A DNA stretch of 64,000 bases from Pavona decussata (GCA_977016875.1 CDRNST010000060.1:2666001-2730000); one strand, 5' to 3'; shown: positions 1 to 14,291, numbered from the stretch's first letter. The notes: a model not told the origin generated them from the letters alone. Numbers and translations are program-made.

Positions 1-139
1 CGACATTATTGGGTTTGTTCATTTTGGTTTTTACTTTTGGACTGGTTCAAGGCAAACAAAGTGCAAAGTGTAACAAATTTAGTACATGTACAAAAAGAAA
101 TAGCCAATGTCTGAAAAGCTAATGTCTCAATAGGCCTTT

Positions 140-329
140 TTCACAAAATGCATGGTTACCCCAAATTTTCTTTTTGGATACCAATAGCATTTGCTACGTT
201 CTCCTACTAAGCATAGTTTTAAACCACGCAAAAATATCCCTGTATTAGTAGACACCACCCACAGGAAACCCAAGTATCTCGAGATGCGCAGAACGTATGC
301 GCAGTAACAAAAGAAGGCATCGTCCTTAA
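140..329. mobile_element. Partial TTAA-type MITE, same family as 13596-13998
   Basis: Reverse-complement similarity to 13600-13780; ends in ...aggcatcgtccTTAA. Confidence 0.6.
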
Positions 330-737
330 TGTTAAAATTCTATGGAATTTTTAATGTGGTAACGAGGCTAGTGGGGTTAATAATAATGAAAATAAAAGAT
401 TAATTTATCGGCCACTTGAACACTTCACAGAGAGCTTCAGGCAGCTTGCTTTTTTCACCCAGGGCCCTAATGGTGATTAGCATCTATTTTCTCCTAACAG
501 TATCACTACTTCATCAAACATGGAAATGAGGAAATTGATCAACAAAGATATCCTGATGTTCTAACAAATTCTCCCAACTAATGCCACTAACTAGTGTTCA
601 TTGACCTCACAGATTGTGGACTGGGTGTAAAATACTGACTTCGACATTTTGTCTCATAATCTGTCAAAATCAAATTTCAAAGTATGCAGATTTTTTCAAA
701 GTGGTCAGACCTGTAGAACAGTGAAACTTTAAAACAT

Positions 738-1784
738 CAGGGCACGAAATTAACTTTTTTCTTAAGGAGACATCTGGCTCCTAAATATTCCAAAGTGGTC
801 GCCAAGTCCAAAAAGTTAGTAGCCATTTTTTCCGAAACGAAAACAAAAAATATTGAAAATGCGTTCTCATGGATGACAATATCAAATTGTAAGCTTTCCT
901 AGCATTAGGAATGCCTGGACCGTTTTGTTGACGTCTAAAGAATAGCAAACGACAATTCTGGTCACAGTAAAAAATGAACATCACCAACATTTCATCACAT
1001 GATAAGTTTTTTATTTTTATTTTTGGAAATTATTCAAAATTCACAGTTCAAAATGAGCTCAACAGCCAAGAGCAAACGCAAGACTCATTTTCGTCTCATC
1101 GCCCACCAAAACCAACGAAACAACATTGAAAAGGCAGTTTCCATCAGCAGAAGTAATTGTGGCTGCTATTTCTTGTTGTAAAGGAATATCCTCTAGCACC
1201 AGGGACATTGCCAATTTGTCTTTCGGTAATCCCAGGTGGCCATGGAGCGGCAAGGTGCAAAAAAACTTCTTCTTGTCGGCATATTTTTCTTCCACGACCC
1301 GTGCGAATTCCAAAACCTCATCCTCGGTCCCGGTTGTACACGCACCAATATTTGAAATAAATTTTCCCGATCCTCGTCGACGCTCATTTTAAATTTAAAT
1401 CACTCGGCGACATGAATATTAATGAAAGTTCGAGCGACGAAATCCGCCATCTTGGATATTTCAGAGGTCTCATGCGGTTATGTTCTGAGCCCGCAATATC
1501 TACTGTTAGCAAAAGGGACATTTGAATGCACAATATACAACGTAGAGTCTAAATTATCCAAGATGGTGGATGTTGACGGTGAGTTCGTGACGGTTTTGCT
1601 ACAAATAAACCTCGCCATTCGCACCGATTTTTTTTTCGAGCTTTATTTTATTGCACAATACATAAAAGTAGGATATAGCAAAGGGCTCTGGTCGCCAATG
1701 TGGCGACTAACTTTCGAATCTTGGTCGCTAACACGGAAAACTTAGGCGCATTGGCGACTGTATCAGGCGCAATTTCGTGCCCTG
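738..1784. mobile_element. Non-autonomous TIR DNA transposon with 5-bp TSD (hAT5-like) carrying an OTU-like fragment
   Basis: Perfect 14-bp TIRs CAGGGCACGAAATT (738-751) / AATTTCGTGCCCTG (1771-1784); AACAT on both flanks (733-737, 1785-1789). Confidence 0.8.
1059..1313 (-). pseudogene. OTU-like (vertnin-type) cysteine protease domain fragment inside the transposon
   Basis: ORF contains SADGNCLFNVVSLVLVGDE, matching the OTU D-G-N-C catalytic motif. It stops before any His motif. Confidence 0.55.
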
Positions 1785-3769
1785 AACATAGTTTTCAGGC
1801 AGTTTCTTTTCAATTCACCAAAGAAAAATGAACCAAGCCTCATGAAGAATCTAACAAAAACATCAAATGGATCAGTTAGTGAAAATACAAGGGCTTAAAA
1901 TTGATACACCAGTTATGTATCAAATTAGGCATGTGCACAGATAACATGGTTTTTAAATTTTTATTTAGAATACATTTATTACAATGTTTACACTGTAAAA
2001 AAGAAGACAAATCAGAAACAAACAAACAAACAAAAGAGTTACAACTGCACATACAGTAGTAGTAGATGCGCAGACAACATTGGCAAAGCACTTGGCCTGA
2101 AAACCCATTTCCCAGATTTCAGTTGTTTCGTAACCAGTATCAACATACAGACTCTCCTTACCGCTCTCCATGATTCCTTATGGCACTTGTTGGGAGAATT
2201 TGTTTAAATATCATTGCATTTCATCTTTGTTGATCATTTGCTTTATTCTCATCACTTACATGTTTGGTCAGTTGGTGATGTTGTGAGAGGAAAATAGCTA
2301 CTCATCACTTTTGGGGCTTAAATCATCTTTTTCAGTATCTGTCAGATGTTACCAAAACAGGGAAAGGGAAATGGGAAACTGAAAGTGGGAAATGAGAGAT
2401 CATAACTAGTGAATGGGATTTTGAGAATAATAACTACAATCAGCGGAAGAAAGGTAAACCGTTGTTGCCTTTTTGATCAATTTTATTTGACCAGTAGGCA
2501 TAAGCTCTTTATGCACCATTTTTTCAGTTGAAGGGCTTGCTAAAAAACAATTCTTTGTAGAATTCCAAATTGGGCCAAGTTCCCAGATTCACTATAGTAT
2601 CGGATGAGAAACATAGTTCAGTGACATTTTTTTTTCATTTATTTCGAGGCTTAAATTTGAATAATGAGACTGTGGCTTTTTCCTTATCTTAGCTAAATAA
2701 AAAGGTGGAAGCAATGTTAAGTCATAGCATAATAACTTTAAGCCTTGTAATGGTTAAAATTCTTTCATGAAAATCAGTCTATGTCAAACTAGAACTTCTT
2801 TGGAACAACTTATTTCATGGTCAGATTACCACTTAGCATACAGTAGTTTTTTGAGCAGGCCTTTCAATTGAAATCTCTGTGTATGAAAGTGTTGACCTTG
2901 ATTGTGAGGAAAGCTACAGTTGTAAGATATAAGTTGAAAGTGACTGTATCTTGACCACCATGAGGTAGGCTTTTCTTAAAGTTATTGCTCAGAATTGCTG
3001 AGTTTTTGCATTCATTGTTATGTCCTTGTGGTTGTATGTGTATCAATATACTTTTTATTGTATTACAAACACCGACTGCTAGTTTGACATGCTAGAACAT
3101 ACTTAACTTGGTACTTAATTAAATTTGAATTTTATTTACTTTCCACAAGTTGACGCACAGTACATTTTTGGATGTGCAAAAGCTCAGCACTTTTTTTTCC
3201 TTATTTTAATATTTGTATCTCTAAAATGCAAGTAAGAATTTCAGCTGCCTTGTCTGCTGATCACTTACATGTATTCTGGCAGCAGAGAGATGTCTGAATC
3301 TCTTTCGCACTGATGCTATTGGGGACATCACTCACCACTCACCAACATAGGATAGTAATTTTGAGTTAGGCTGTTGTTTGCCAATATTTGCATTGCTCAT
3401 GTTTTGAGCCCTAAAGACTTGGTTTTCATTCATTGAGTCACATACATATTGAGATATGTGAAGAATTAATCCAATTTTAGAAATCTGGTGATGTTTGGGT
3501 TTGCCTGTTTTATAGCAAGAAAGCTGATGAAAATAAAACTATCACCATCACTAAGCAAAGTTTCCATCAGTTGTTTTTGCAATAAAAATAGGGAGCGGTA
3601 AATCACAAATTACCATTGATTCATCATGAGATCAGTCGATGATGTCTCTTGGGTGAAAGTGAACAGAGGAGGAAGCTGAAATTTGGCGACAGATGAGGAA
3701 CTTCAAGACTAACCTAAATCTACTTACAGATAAGGGAGTTAGTTTCTGAAAAAACTGGTGCTGCGTCAA

Positions 3770-3770
<1 letters not shown>

Positions 3771-3809
<39 letters not shown>
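3771..3809. repeat. (TTA)n microsatellite
   Basis: Direct reading. Confidence 0.95.
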
Positions 3810-3811
<2 letters not shown>

Positions 3812-5529
3812 AGGGGGTAGAAACAAATGTTTCGTTTCAGTTGATAAGGTAATTTGGCCTGCCTAAAGAGATTCAAATAGTGAGTGAATTGCTCTGATGG
3901 AGGGCTGATGCTTGAAACATCCATATTCAAATCTCTTTACAGTTGCCAAATTACTGTATCAACTTAATAATTGTTAAATCTGCTTACAGGCTACTGTTTA
4001 GGAAATTGTCATAAACACAGTACTGTGCAAAAAGAATGCAAACGATCTTCTATGCTTTTGGCAACTTTTCAGTGCTTTTCAACCAAATATAACAAAATTT
4101 TGGGTGAAACAATATTTCAAATTTTCGAAGCATCTATTGTCTCAGTCAAAACGAAAATTGGCACGACTCTTCGAAAAGCTGCGTCAATATTTGAGCGAAA
4201 TATTGTTGACAATCATGAAATTTCGATGACTGCTTATTGAAAGTTCAAGTTAAAATTTGCCTCTTGAATGAACGTTCAAAAATGGTACATTTCCAGAGGA
4301 AATTAATTACATAAGTACGGCAGGCTGTTGTTTATTAACACTACCAAAAGCAGCAATATTATATATTAGTTATTCATTTTACTTTTACACGAAAAGATCA
4401 AGACAGGAATTATTATGCTCCTTGATTCTTCGCTTTTATTTTACTGTTGGTTTTCTGTTTTGTTCCCATTTGCCAAGACTTGGTACGTTTTACACACCTG
4501 AACACAAGGTGGTCTGATAACATTCAGCTGCAAATAAAGCAGGTCGTGAAGTGTTTACATCCGATTCATGTCTCCAAAGATTCACTTGGTCGAAAGATTT
4601 TTTCACCTTTACCTACTTTAAAATGTCGCTTAAAGCATTTGTCTTTTATCTCAGTTTTGAACAAAAGCAGGTTCTTACTCTTGACACAGGATATTCGAAG
4701 TGCTGTTAAAGCCACACAAGTGGTGGCTATAAATAACTTGTAACAGCTTTCACTTGTCACCCGCGCTGTGTGATGAGAATGACACCAAATCAATTTTCCT
4801 TTCTTTTTGGGTATTCCTTGCAAGTTATGAACTCCCTTCGGTCAAAGATCAATTTATATCTTGGGGATCGAAGGAACTCTGCAAGTGTGGTGATAACTTT
4901 GATACAAACCAACATAAAACCAATCGCAACACATCTGAGTGAGTTTACAAATTTACGACATAAATCATCCAACACTAAGATAAACTTCAGCAGCTATTTA
5001 CCTGTGCAACTCGTTTTACACAAAATATTGAGACAGCCATTAGGACGAGTATGTTACTCAATCATTGATCAATTTCCCACACCAAAAGTTTAGAGGACAA
5101 AGCTGATTCCCATGGCAGTACTTTTTGCAAAACTCTTCCCAAATATTTTCTGTCATTCCAGATCCAGTTGTGTGGACACACAATAGCAAGTTCAAATTAT
5201 CAGAGACGATGTAACTGTAAGCTTTACTTGCTTGTAAACAACTTTCTTTATCCGAAATACAGGGACCTTCCCAAGTCTCGCAGATTTTTGTTTCAAGGCT
5301 TAGAATTCTCGTTTAGTTATACGAAATTTCGTTTCGGTTCAAACAAAATTACTTCAAAATATCGTTCTTGGATTAACTAACTCAAATTTTTGTGCGGCTC
5401 TTGAAAGTCTGTTCGAAATCTCGGCTGAAATATCACGAAATTTCGCCCAAAATATCGCCGATTTTTCAGTTGGACAATAGCTGAAAGTTGGCAAAACTCG
5501 TTTGCATTCTTTTTGCACTGTACTGTACA

Positions 5530-5910
5530 CAAATTATGATCATCCTGGTGAGTGTAGTCCTGAGGACTGTTTGAGGTGACATTGACTGACGTTTTCACAA
5601 CCTGAGCAGAAGTCATTTCCAGAGTCAAGTAGATTGTGGAATGTCAGTAGGTGGTATAAATGTCTCTGGTTGTTGACCTGATTGATCAACGAAGTCAAGA
5701 TGTTATTGGTCATTTGTTAGTTAAGCTGTGATGTTATTGGCTGTGAATCTTGACTGCAAAAAGTGGTTGGTGCGTTTTGACCTGTCTTCACTGCCAATAA
5801 CATCATGGCTTAACTGACAAATGTCACTAAAACAGAACAGTCCTTCTCTGGACTATGCTCACCCAGATGACCGTAATTTACATACTTATGACATGACTCC
5901 TGGGTTCAAA
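5530..5910. mobile_element. Penelope-type terminal-repeat relic with inverted segments and a decayed hammerhead core
   Basis: 5531-5571 is an imperfect inverted copy of 5837-5879. The minus strand near 5585-5625 resembles the CTGAAGA..GAAAC-GTC motif but has a mutated core. Confidence 0.5.
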
Positions 5911-5912
5911 CC

Positions 5913-6100
5913 ATAGACCTATTCGGCTAACCCAGTGTTGTACCCAATTCAGATCCCCTGGGGTTAAGATTCTTTGTTTATTGCATTTGCATTTTAGTGT
6001 AGCATTCACATTAAAATGATTTGGAAATGCTTAGAACAAAACGTTTTATGCCCAAAGGATTTGAATTGGGTACAACATTGCGTTAGCCGAATAGGTCTAT
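5913..6100. mobile_element. MITE / palindromic element
   Basis: Long near-perfect inverted arms ATAGACCTATTCGGCTAAC... / ...GTTAGCCGAATAGGTCTAT. Confidence 0.8.
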
Positions 6101-6824
6101 TTACTGTTTAAGAAATTGTGATGCTTTACCTTCCATTACTTGTTGCTACCTTAGAAGTTTTTTAGAGTAAATTTTGACATCTTTTCACTACAATCTGAAG
6201 GATTTCATTGCAATTTTGCCATTAGCCTATAAAATTGCAAAAAGAGCACAAATCAGAATAGCAGGTTGTGGTTGATCAAATAAAGCTTAAAGGTAAGTTC
6301 AGATGAGAATTTGCTGAAGTTAGCAAAATGTAAAGTTTCTTAGAGATCTGATTTGAACTTTAGGAAGGAGTACAGTAACCGAGAAACAGTGATTTTTTTC
6401 TACAAAGAAATGTATTTCCAAAGAAATGTGTGGTTGACAGCCCTACATTTCCATCGGATTAGGTTTCTATGAAATGTTTCAATTTTGCCAATTGTTAATG
6501 TGGCAAATACATTTCTGAACTTGTCTTCATTTTTATCTGATATTTAAAAATGTCACATCTTTTCTTTTTTTCAATTTCTAAACGTATGTAAAGATCAGTG
6601 TTGTGAGGTTGTCCACCTCGTAGAGTTTACTGAATTGTAGTATATAAGTTAAAAAACAGAGGGTACCATGTAAACAATGGAAAAGTTCAATTAAAACTAC
6701 AAAGTGTTTTATAGCTGGTGTTGGTTACTATACTGTACTGATGTGGGTTCTGGAATACATTATTTTCGAAAAATATTAAATATGCATGATATCAGAATAA
6801 CTTTAAATTCATTAATGGCGTCAA

Positions 6825-7075
6825 TTCATCAATTATGCATGAATGATGACATTATAACTCATTTACATTTATGAATATTCATTGGCATAAGATTCAGATT
6901 CAAATTCGTCTCCAATACAGAGTCTGAATCTGATTCTTAGGCTGTTTGCTCTCAGGATCCTCGGAATCACATTCATAATCGGTATCAAAATCAAGTTTGA
7001 ATCTGAGTCTAATGCTAATGAATATTCATAAATGTAAATGAGTTATGATGTCATCATTCATGCATAATTGATGAA
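6825..7075. repeat. Long inverted repeat (MITE-like hairpin)
   Basis: Arms ~6825-6905 and ~6996-7075 (TTCATCAATTATGCATGAATGATGAC...) are near-perfect reverse complements. Confidence 0.8.
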
Positions 7076-7812
7076 ACGACATCAACATTCATGCATATTT
7101 ATGTCTGCATATTTATAATTCCATGCATCTGATTTTTCCTAATATATTCCCTCTCTGAGTATTTATGAGAAAACTCAAAAATTAATATCAACACCCAGAA
7201 ACTGATCGTATTGAATGCAATATTTTTTATTAACAGCAAAAAATATATTACAACTCAATGTTAAGTGCAACATTTGTGGAAATACCATATCAAGTTTACA
7301 TTGACTTTTTAAAATGATCACAATTTTGGGCTTGTAAATATTAACAACTGAAGGGTTTGGTGGAAGAGGAAATAAATCTGAATTGTTCCAAAACAGCTGT
7401 TTTTAAATAGAGTACATTTTTAAAAAGATTTGTTTTCTCAAGTTAAACATGAAATGAGCCTATTCCTCGACTTTGAGTGCAAGCCAAAATGGACATTATT
7501 TGAAACAATTTAGATTAAAGACCGTCACATATCCCTCTTCCTCCAAGCCCTTCATCCTTGGGCAATAGTTACAGCAATATACATAAACATTTTAAGAGTG
7601 ACAATTAAATTACAAGTTCAGTTTAATAAAAAATTAATGCACTGTCTATCCCGGTTGCATCTTGTAGAGATCTTTTCCGGAATGACAAAACAAATTTTTT
7701 CACAATTTAAAGAAAAATTGCCTTGCCTCTGAACAATTTGGAAACTCAAGACCAACATTGGCTGTTAGCAGCACTGATGTCCAGAAATGAACGCAATAGT
7801 GCCCCTTGTACT

Positions 7813-10800
7813 CCCTATGGTTTTTGGACTAATTTTCATCCCAATACTATACACTATAGAATTTGGCCTAATTTTGACCACAATACTATACACTACGGTT
7901 TTTAGACTAATTTTCATCGTAATACTATAAACTATGGATTTTGGCCTAATTTTCATCGTAATTCTATACACTATGGATTTTGACCTAATTGTCATCGTAA
8001 TACTATACACTTTAGATTTTGGACACGTTTTCATCGTAATACTGAACACCATGAATTTTGGCCTAATTTTCATGATAATCCTATACACTATGGACTTTGG
8101 CCTTATTTTCATCATAATACTATACAGTATGGTTTTTAGACTAATTTTCATCCTAATACTATATACTATGGTTTATTAACCAATTTTCATCGTAATTCTA
8201 CACACTATAGATTTTGGTCTTATTTTTATCGTTATAGTTTACACTATGATTTTTGGACTAATTTTCATCGCAATACTATGCACTATGGACTTTGGCCTAA
8301 TTTTCATCGTAATTCTATACACTATGGATTTTGACCTAATTGTCATCGTAATACTATACACTTTAGATTTTGGCCTAATTTTCACTATGGATTTTGGCCT
8401 TACTTTCATCATAATACTAAACACTATGGATTATGCACTTATTTTCATCCTAATACTATAGTCTATGGATTTTGCTGTAATTTTCATGCAAAATACTATA
8501 CATTATGGATTTTGACCTAATTGTCATCGTAATACTATACACTATTTTTTTTTTAAACGTTTTATACATTTTATAAATGTATGATTTAATAATTTATGAT
8601 TTAATAAAATGTATAATACTATACACTATGGTTTTTAGACAAATTTTCATCCTAATACTATGTAATATTATACACTATGAATTTTGGCATAATCTTCATC
8701 CTAATACTACAAACTATGGACTTTTAAACTAGTTTTCATCTATATGCTATACACTACAGATATTGGCCTAATTTTCATTCTTATACTATACACTATGGAT
8801 TTTGGCTTAATTTTGATCATAATATTATAAACTGTATATTTTGGCCTTATTTTTATCGTAATTATATACAGTATGAATTTTGGCCTTACTTTCATCATAA
8901 TACTATACACTAAGAATTATGCACTTATTTTCATCCTAATACTATACACTATGGATTTTGGCCTAATTTTCATCATAATTCTATACACTATGAATTTTGG
9001 CTTAATTTTGATCGTAATACTAAACACTGTACATTTTGGCCTAATTTTCACCGTAAATATATACAGTATGGATTTTGGCCTTACTTTCATCATAATACTA
9101 TACACTATGGATTATGCACTGATTTTCATCCTAATACTATACTCTATGGATTTTTTCGTAATTTTCATGCAAATTCTATACATTATGGATTTTGACCTAA
9201 TTGTCATCATAATACTATACACTATGGCTTTTGGCATAATCTTCATCCTAATACTATAAACTATGGACTTGTGAACCAATTTTCATCTATATACTATACA
9301 CTACAGATATTGTCCTAGTGTGACAGTAGATTTTCCAACTTTCGCGGGAAATACACGGAACTGTAATGAAGCCTTAACAGGAACGCAGGGGGAAATTACA
9401 CTCAAACGGGAGCACTCGCTCGCAGGGAGAGACTGTCACTTCTCAAAGCGGTACCAGGGATCAAACCACGAACTGGATAGAACTTCAGTAAGGAAACGAG
9501 AACTTGGTCCAACAGAGCTTTATTCTGACTCACTTGTAATTCGAAAGAACATTGTACAACAAGGGCTTATATGTGCTTGTACATTAATTGTTGTTTACAA
9601 GGTGCTATACGTGAGTCAATAGAACTAAATGAAAAACTATTAAGAGCGGAACAGCGTCTTTGTAAGCTAACGAACTAAATTCTTAAGAGCGGAACCGCGG
9701 TCTTTTAACTAGAGAACTAAATTAAAATTGTCGCTCGGAATTCTAGATCGTGAGTCCAGCTTGAAAAACTAATTTCGGCGGCAAACGCCTTTCTGAATAC
9801 TCTAAATTACAACTTAGAAAATCTTATGAATCCTACGGCTAACAGCAGCTGCAAGTGAATATTTCCGGAGATAACAAGAACTTTTCATTAAGTAGATCAA
9901 CACGACTAACGAGAACCAATTCAAGTAGGAAATGACAGGCCAGCTGAATTTGCTAGTTTTTTAAATTAAACGTGTAGAAGCTCTCTACTTCTAAAGTAAC
10001 CGAAACAAGTTCCAATAAAAGTAATTTTAAGTTAATGAACTACAGAAAGTGATTGTTAGCTTAAGTTTAGTACAATACTTCCGAATCCTCAAGGGACAAA
10101 AGAAATGCTAATTTAGCTCTACAAGTTGTTTACATTCTGCTTCCGTTGGTTTTCTAAAGTTACAGAGAACAAGAAACAGTGAATATCTTAAAGCGAACTA
10201 ACTTCTTGCAGCGAAAGCGAATAAATAATTTGCAAGAAGACCCAACTCCTTTTTCCCTTTTTAAGATTAAATATGGTTGATTCACGGACAATTACCCGTG
10301 GCGACTAGCGGAAATCTAAAGCAAGCTATATATTTGATTATACTATGACTAATAAATTCTGTGCGAACATTTCTTGCCAAAATTGCCAAAGCCCCCGTAA
10401 CACTCACTATGGACCTTCGACACATTTTCATCATAATACTATACACTATGGAATTTAGAATATTTTTGATACTAATACTATACACTATGGATTTTCGCCT
10501 GATTTTCATCGTAATACCATAAACTATGGATTTTGTACTAATTTTTATCCTAAAACTATATACTGGATTTTGGCCTAATTTTAGTCGTAATACTAAACAC
10601 TGAATTTTGGCCTAATTTTCATCATAATACTATACACTTCGGTTTTAGACTAATTTTCATCATAATTCTATACACTATGGATTTTGGACTAATTTTCATC
10701 CTAAAACTATACACTATGGTTTTTGAACCAATTTTCATCCTAATACTTTACACTATGGACTTTGGCCTCATTTTCATTGTTATTCTATACACTATGGATT

Positions 10801-12725
10801 TTGACCTAATTGTCATCGTAATACTATACACTACAGATATTGGCCTAATTCTCATACTTATACTATACACTATGGATTTTGGCTCAATTTTGATCATAAT
10901 ATTATACACTGTATATTTTGGCCTTATTTTCATCTTAATAATTATATGCAGTATGAATTTTGGCCTTACTCTCATCATAATGCTTTACACTATGAATTAT
11001 GAACTTATTTTCATCCTAATACTATACACTATGGATTTTGGCCTAATTTTCATCATAATTCTATACACTACGGATTTTGGCTTAATTTGGATTGTAATAC
11101 TATAAACTATAGATTTTAGCCCTATTTTCATCATTATAGTTTACACTATGATTTTTGGACTAATTTTCATCGCAATACCATACACTATGGATTTTGGCCT
11201 AATTTTCATCATAATTCTATACACTATGGATTTTGGCCTTACTTTTATCATAATACTATACACTATGGATTATGCAATTATTTTCATCCTAATACTATAT
11301 TCTATGGATTTTTTCGTAATTTTCATGCAAATACTATACATTATAGATTTTGACCTCATTGTCATCGTAATATTATACCCTACCGATTTTGGACTAATTT
11401 TCATCCTAAAACTATACACTATGGATTTTAGACTAATTCTTATCATAATACTATGTAATACTATACACTATGGATTTTAACCTGATTTTTATTGTAGTAC
11501 TATACACTATGGATTAAGCACTATTTTTTATCCTACAACTACCCACTGGATTTTGGCCTAACTTTCATGATAATACTCTACACTATGGATTTTGGCCTTA
11601 TTTTCATCATAATACCATACACTACGGTTTTTGAACCAATTTTAAATCGTCATACTATACACTATAGATTTTGGCCTAATTTTCATCGTAATTTTATACA
11701 CTATGGATTTTGGCCTAACTTTCATGATAATACTCTACACCATGGATTTTGGCCTTATTTTCATCCTAATAGTATAATATATGGATTTTTTCGTAATTTT
11801 CATGCAAATACTATACATTATGGATTTTGACCTAATTTTCATCATAATACTATACACTACCGAACGGTTTTAGACTAATTTTCATCCTAAAACTATACAC
11901 TATGGTTTTTAGACTAATTCTCATCCTAATACTATGTAATACTATACACTTTGGATAAAAATTTTCATCCTAATACTATACACTATGGATTTTGGACACA
12001 TTTTCATCGTAATACTATATACACCATGGAATTTAGACTAATTTTTATCATAATACTATACACTGGATTTTGGCCTGATTTTCATCGTAATACTATACAC
12101 TATGGATTTCGCACTAATTTTTATCCTAAAACTATACACTGGATTTTGGCCTAATTTTCATCGTAATACTAAACACTATAAATTTTGGCCTAATTTTCAT
12201 GATGATACTATACACTACGGTTTTTAGACCAATTTTCATCATAATTCTATACACTATGGATTTTGAACTAATTTTCATTCTAATACTATACTCTATGGAT
12301 TTTGGTGTTATTTTCATCGTAATACATACTATGCACTGTGATTTTTGGACTAATTTTTATCATAATACTACACACAATAGATTTTGGCATAATTTCCATA
12401 AAAATACTATACACTATGGATTTTGACCTAATTTTAATCGTAATACTATACGCTATAGATGTTGGCCTAATTTTCATCGTGATACAATACACTGTGGATC
12501 TGAGACTTATTTCCATCCTAATACTATACACTGTCTATGGATTTTGGACTAATTTTCATCCTGATACTATTCAGTATGGTTTTTGCACTAATTTTCATGC
12601 TAATAATATACACTTTGGTTTTTGGACTAATTTTCATGCTTATAATATACACTATAGTTTCTGCCCTAATTTTCATCCTAATACTATACACTATAAAGAT
12701 TTTCGCATAATTTTCACAGTAATAG
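7813..12725. repeat. 39-bp tandem satellite array, interrupted by a solo LTR
   Basis: Consensus about ATACTATACACTATGGATTTTGGCCTAATTTTCATCGTA. The unit is a multiple of 3, which explains the 13-aa-repeat ORFs (MDFGLIFIIILYT / MKIRPKSIVYSIT). Confidence 0.95.
9319..10402 (-). mobile_element. Solo LTR (1084 bp) inserted in the satellite
   Basis: Unique sequence with TG...CA ends (TGTGAC / GTAACA, imperfect inverted). Minus-strand AATAAA about 200 bp from the 3' end. No coding domain seen. Confidence 0.7.
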
Positions 12726-12835
12726 TATACAAAAAGTAGTATAGTATACAAAAAGAAAATTCTTTATCAATAATTATTTTTCTTCGCTGCGTTTGAGGCG
12801 TATAAAAACATCAAATTTGACTTTCAATTGGGTAC

Positions 12836-13093
12836 GGTACCGCACACAAGATAGGAGAATGGGCATAGTAGGGCTGTGACATTAATACAGAAATGCTTAG
12901 TTTTGCAGTTTCTCTATTCCTCAGTTGTTTCGTTCTGAGCATTCAACAATCCCATTCACATTTTCGTCCACACAGTTTTCTTCCTCTGCACACGAAAAAC
13001 AACTGAGGAATGGAGAAATGGCAAGACTAGAATTCCTGTATTGACGTTGCAGCCCTAATATCGCCAGACTCCAGTCTTGCAAGGTATTGCACC
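12836..13093. mobile_element. Degenerate MITE (inverted arms)
   Basis: TAGGGCTG...CAGCCCTA plus internal TTCCTCAGTTGTT / AACAACTGAGGAA inverted arms. Confidence 0.65.
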
Positions 13094-13595
13094 TAACAGG
13101 AAATGAAATTTGATACCTTTACATGCCTCAAACACAGTGGAAGAAAAATTGATAAGGAAATTTTTTATTTTCGTACAAAGACAACATGAAGACTTGATCA
13201 AGCAAATTAAACAGTTCTGTCATATACACTGTACACTTTAAAAATAAAATACAAAACAATTTTTTTCTCATTAATTTGCATGTACAGTAGTTACAAGAGC
13301 TGCATGTAAACAACTGAAAATTGTTTACAATCAGATGGTGTCCATTATCACACACTTTGAATGACAAAATTTATCAATACAGTAGTTCTTTCTGAACTAA
13401 AACAAATTTGCAATTACCCCACAATACCTTTTGGTCTGGTCACATAAGCCTGAGGCTTTGATGTGACAACCTTAATTGAAATGGCTCTATACACTACCAA
13501 ATGGTGGCATCACATGGCAAACTTATGATGGCAAACTCCAAAATCCCGGAAACCATGAGAAAACCTCCAATTGCTTCTTAAATCCGAATTTTTAA

Positions 13596-13998
13596 AAGGA
13601 CTGTGCCTATTATTGGTACTGCGCATACGTTCTGCACATCGTGAGATACTTGGGTTTCCTATGGGTAGTGCCTGCTAATACAGGAATATTTTTGCACAGT
13701 TTAAAACTATGCGGAGAAAGCAGAACTTAGCAAATGCTTTTGGTATCTCAAAAGAAAATTGGAGGTAACCATGCATTTTTCAGAGATAATTAAGCTTCAA
13801 TTTAGGAAAAAATCCCATACATTGCTTTATATTTTGGCGCTTTTTAGAGATATTATTGCTTAATTACCTCTGAAAAATGCGTGGTTACCCCCAATTTTCT
13901 TTTTTGGATTCCAATAGCCCTTGCTAAGGTCTACTTACCCCACATAGTCATAAACCGCACAAAAATACTTCGGTATTAGTACTGTAGGCACCATCCTT
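13596..13998. mobile_element. TTAA-flanked MITE (Kolobok/piggyBac-type target)
   Basis: AAGGACTGTGCCT...AGGCACCATCCTT inverted ends with TTAA on both sides; internal inverted GGTAACC/GGTTACC arms. Confidence 0.7.
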
Positions 13999-14291
13999 AA
14001 CCACAATTCTTTTTTTATATCTTTCTTGCTGTTATTTGAAGTAATTAAAGAACAGAAGTAAAACAAAATGCTCACACCTTACATACATGTATGTTTTCCA
14101 ACTCGAAGCTCTTTGAGAAAGCTGATGGTATTAGAGACTAGGCAACAAACATGAAGGTATTTGGAAGACCAATACAAGTTTACAAACTTCAGTTTTTGTG
14201 TCAAGGGCTCCATTAGGTCTGTGATGCCCAAAAAATGACTGTTGAGGTTTTCTGGAATGGGGAATGCATTGCTTAATTACCAGTCTGAAAA

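Noticed and set aside
3890-3922. Hammerhead-like CTGATGGAGGGC...GAAAC
   Set aside because: Core and stems are mutated; treated as a decayed Penelope-type relic.
4447-5170. Overlapping ORFs, possibly a decayed transposase or GIY-YIG region
   Set aside because: No motif could be confidently assigned; frames are interrupted.
7723-12751. Many 60-140-aa ORFs with 13-aa repeats; superficial CRISPR-like periodicity
   Set aside because: Products of a 39-bp satellite. There are no unique spacers and no cas genes.
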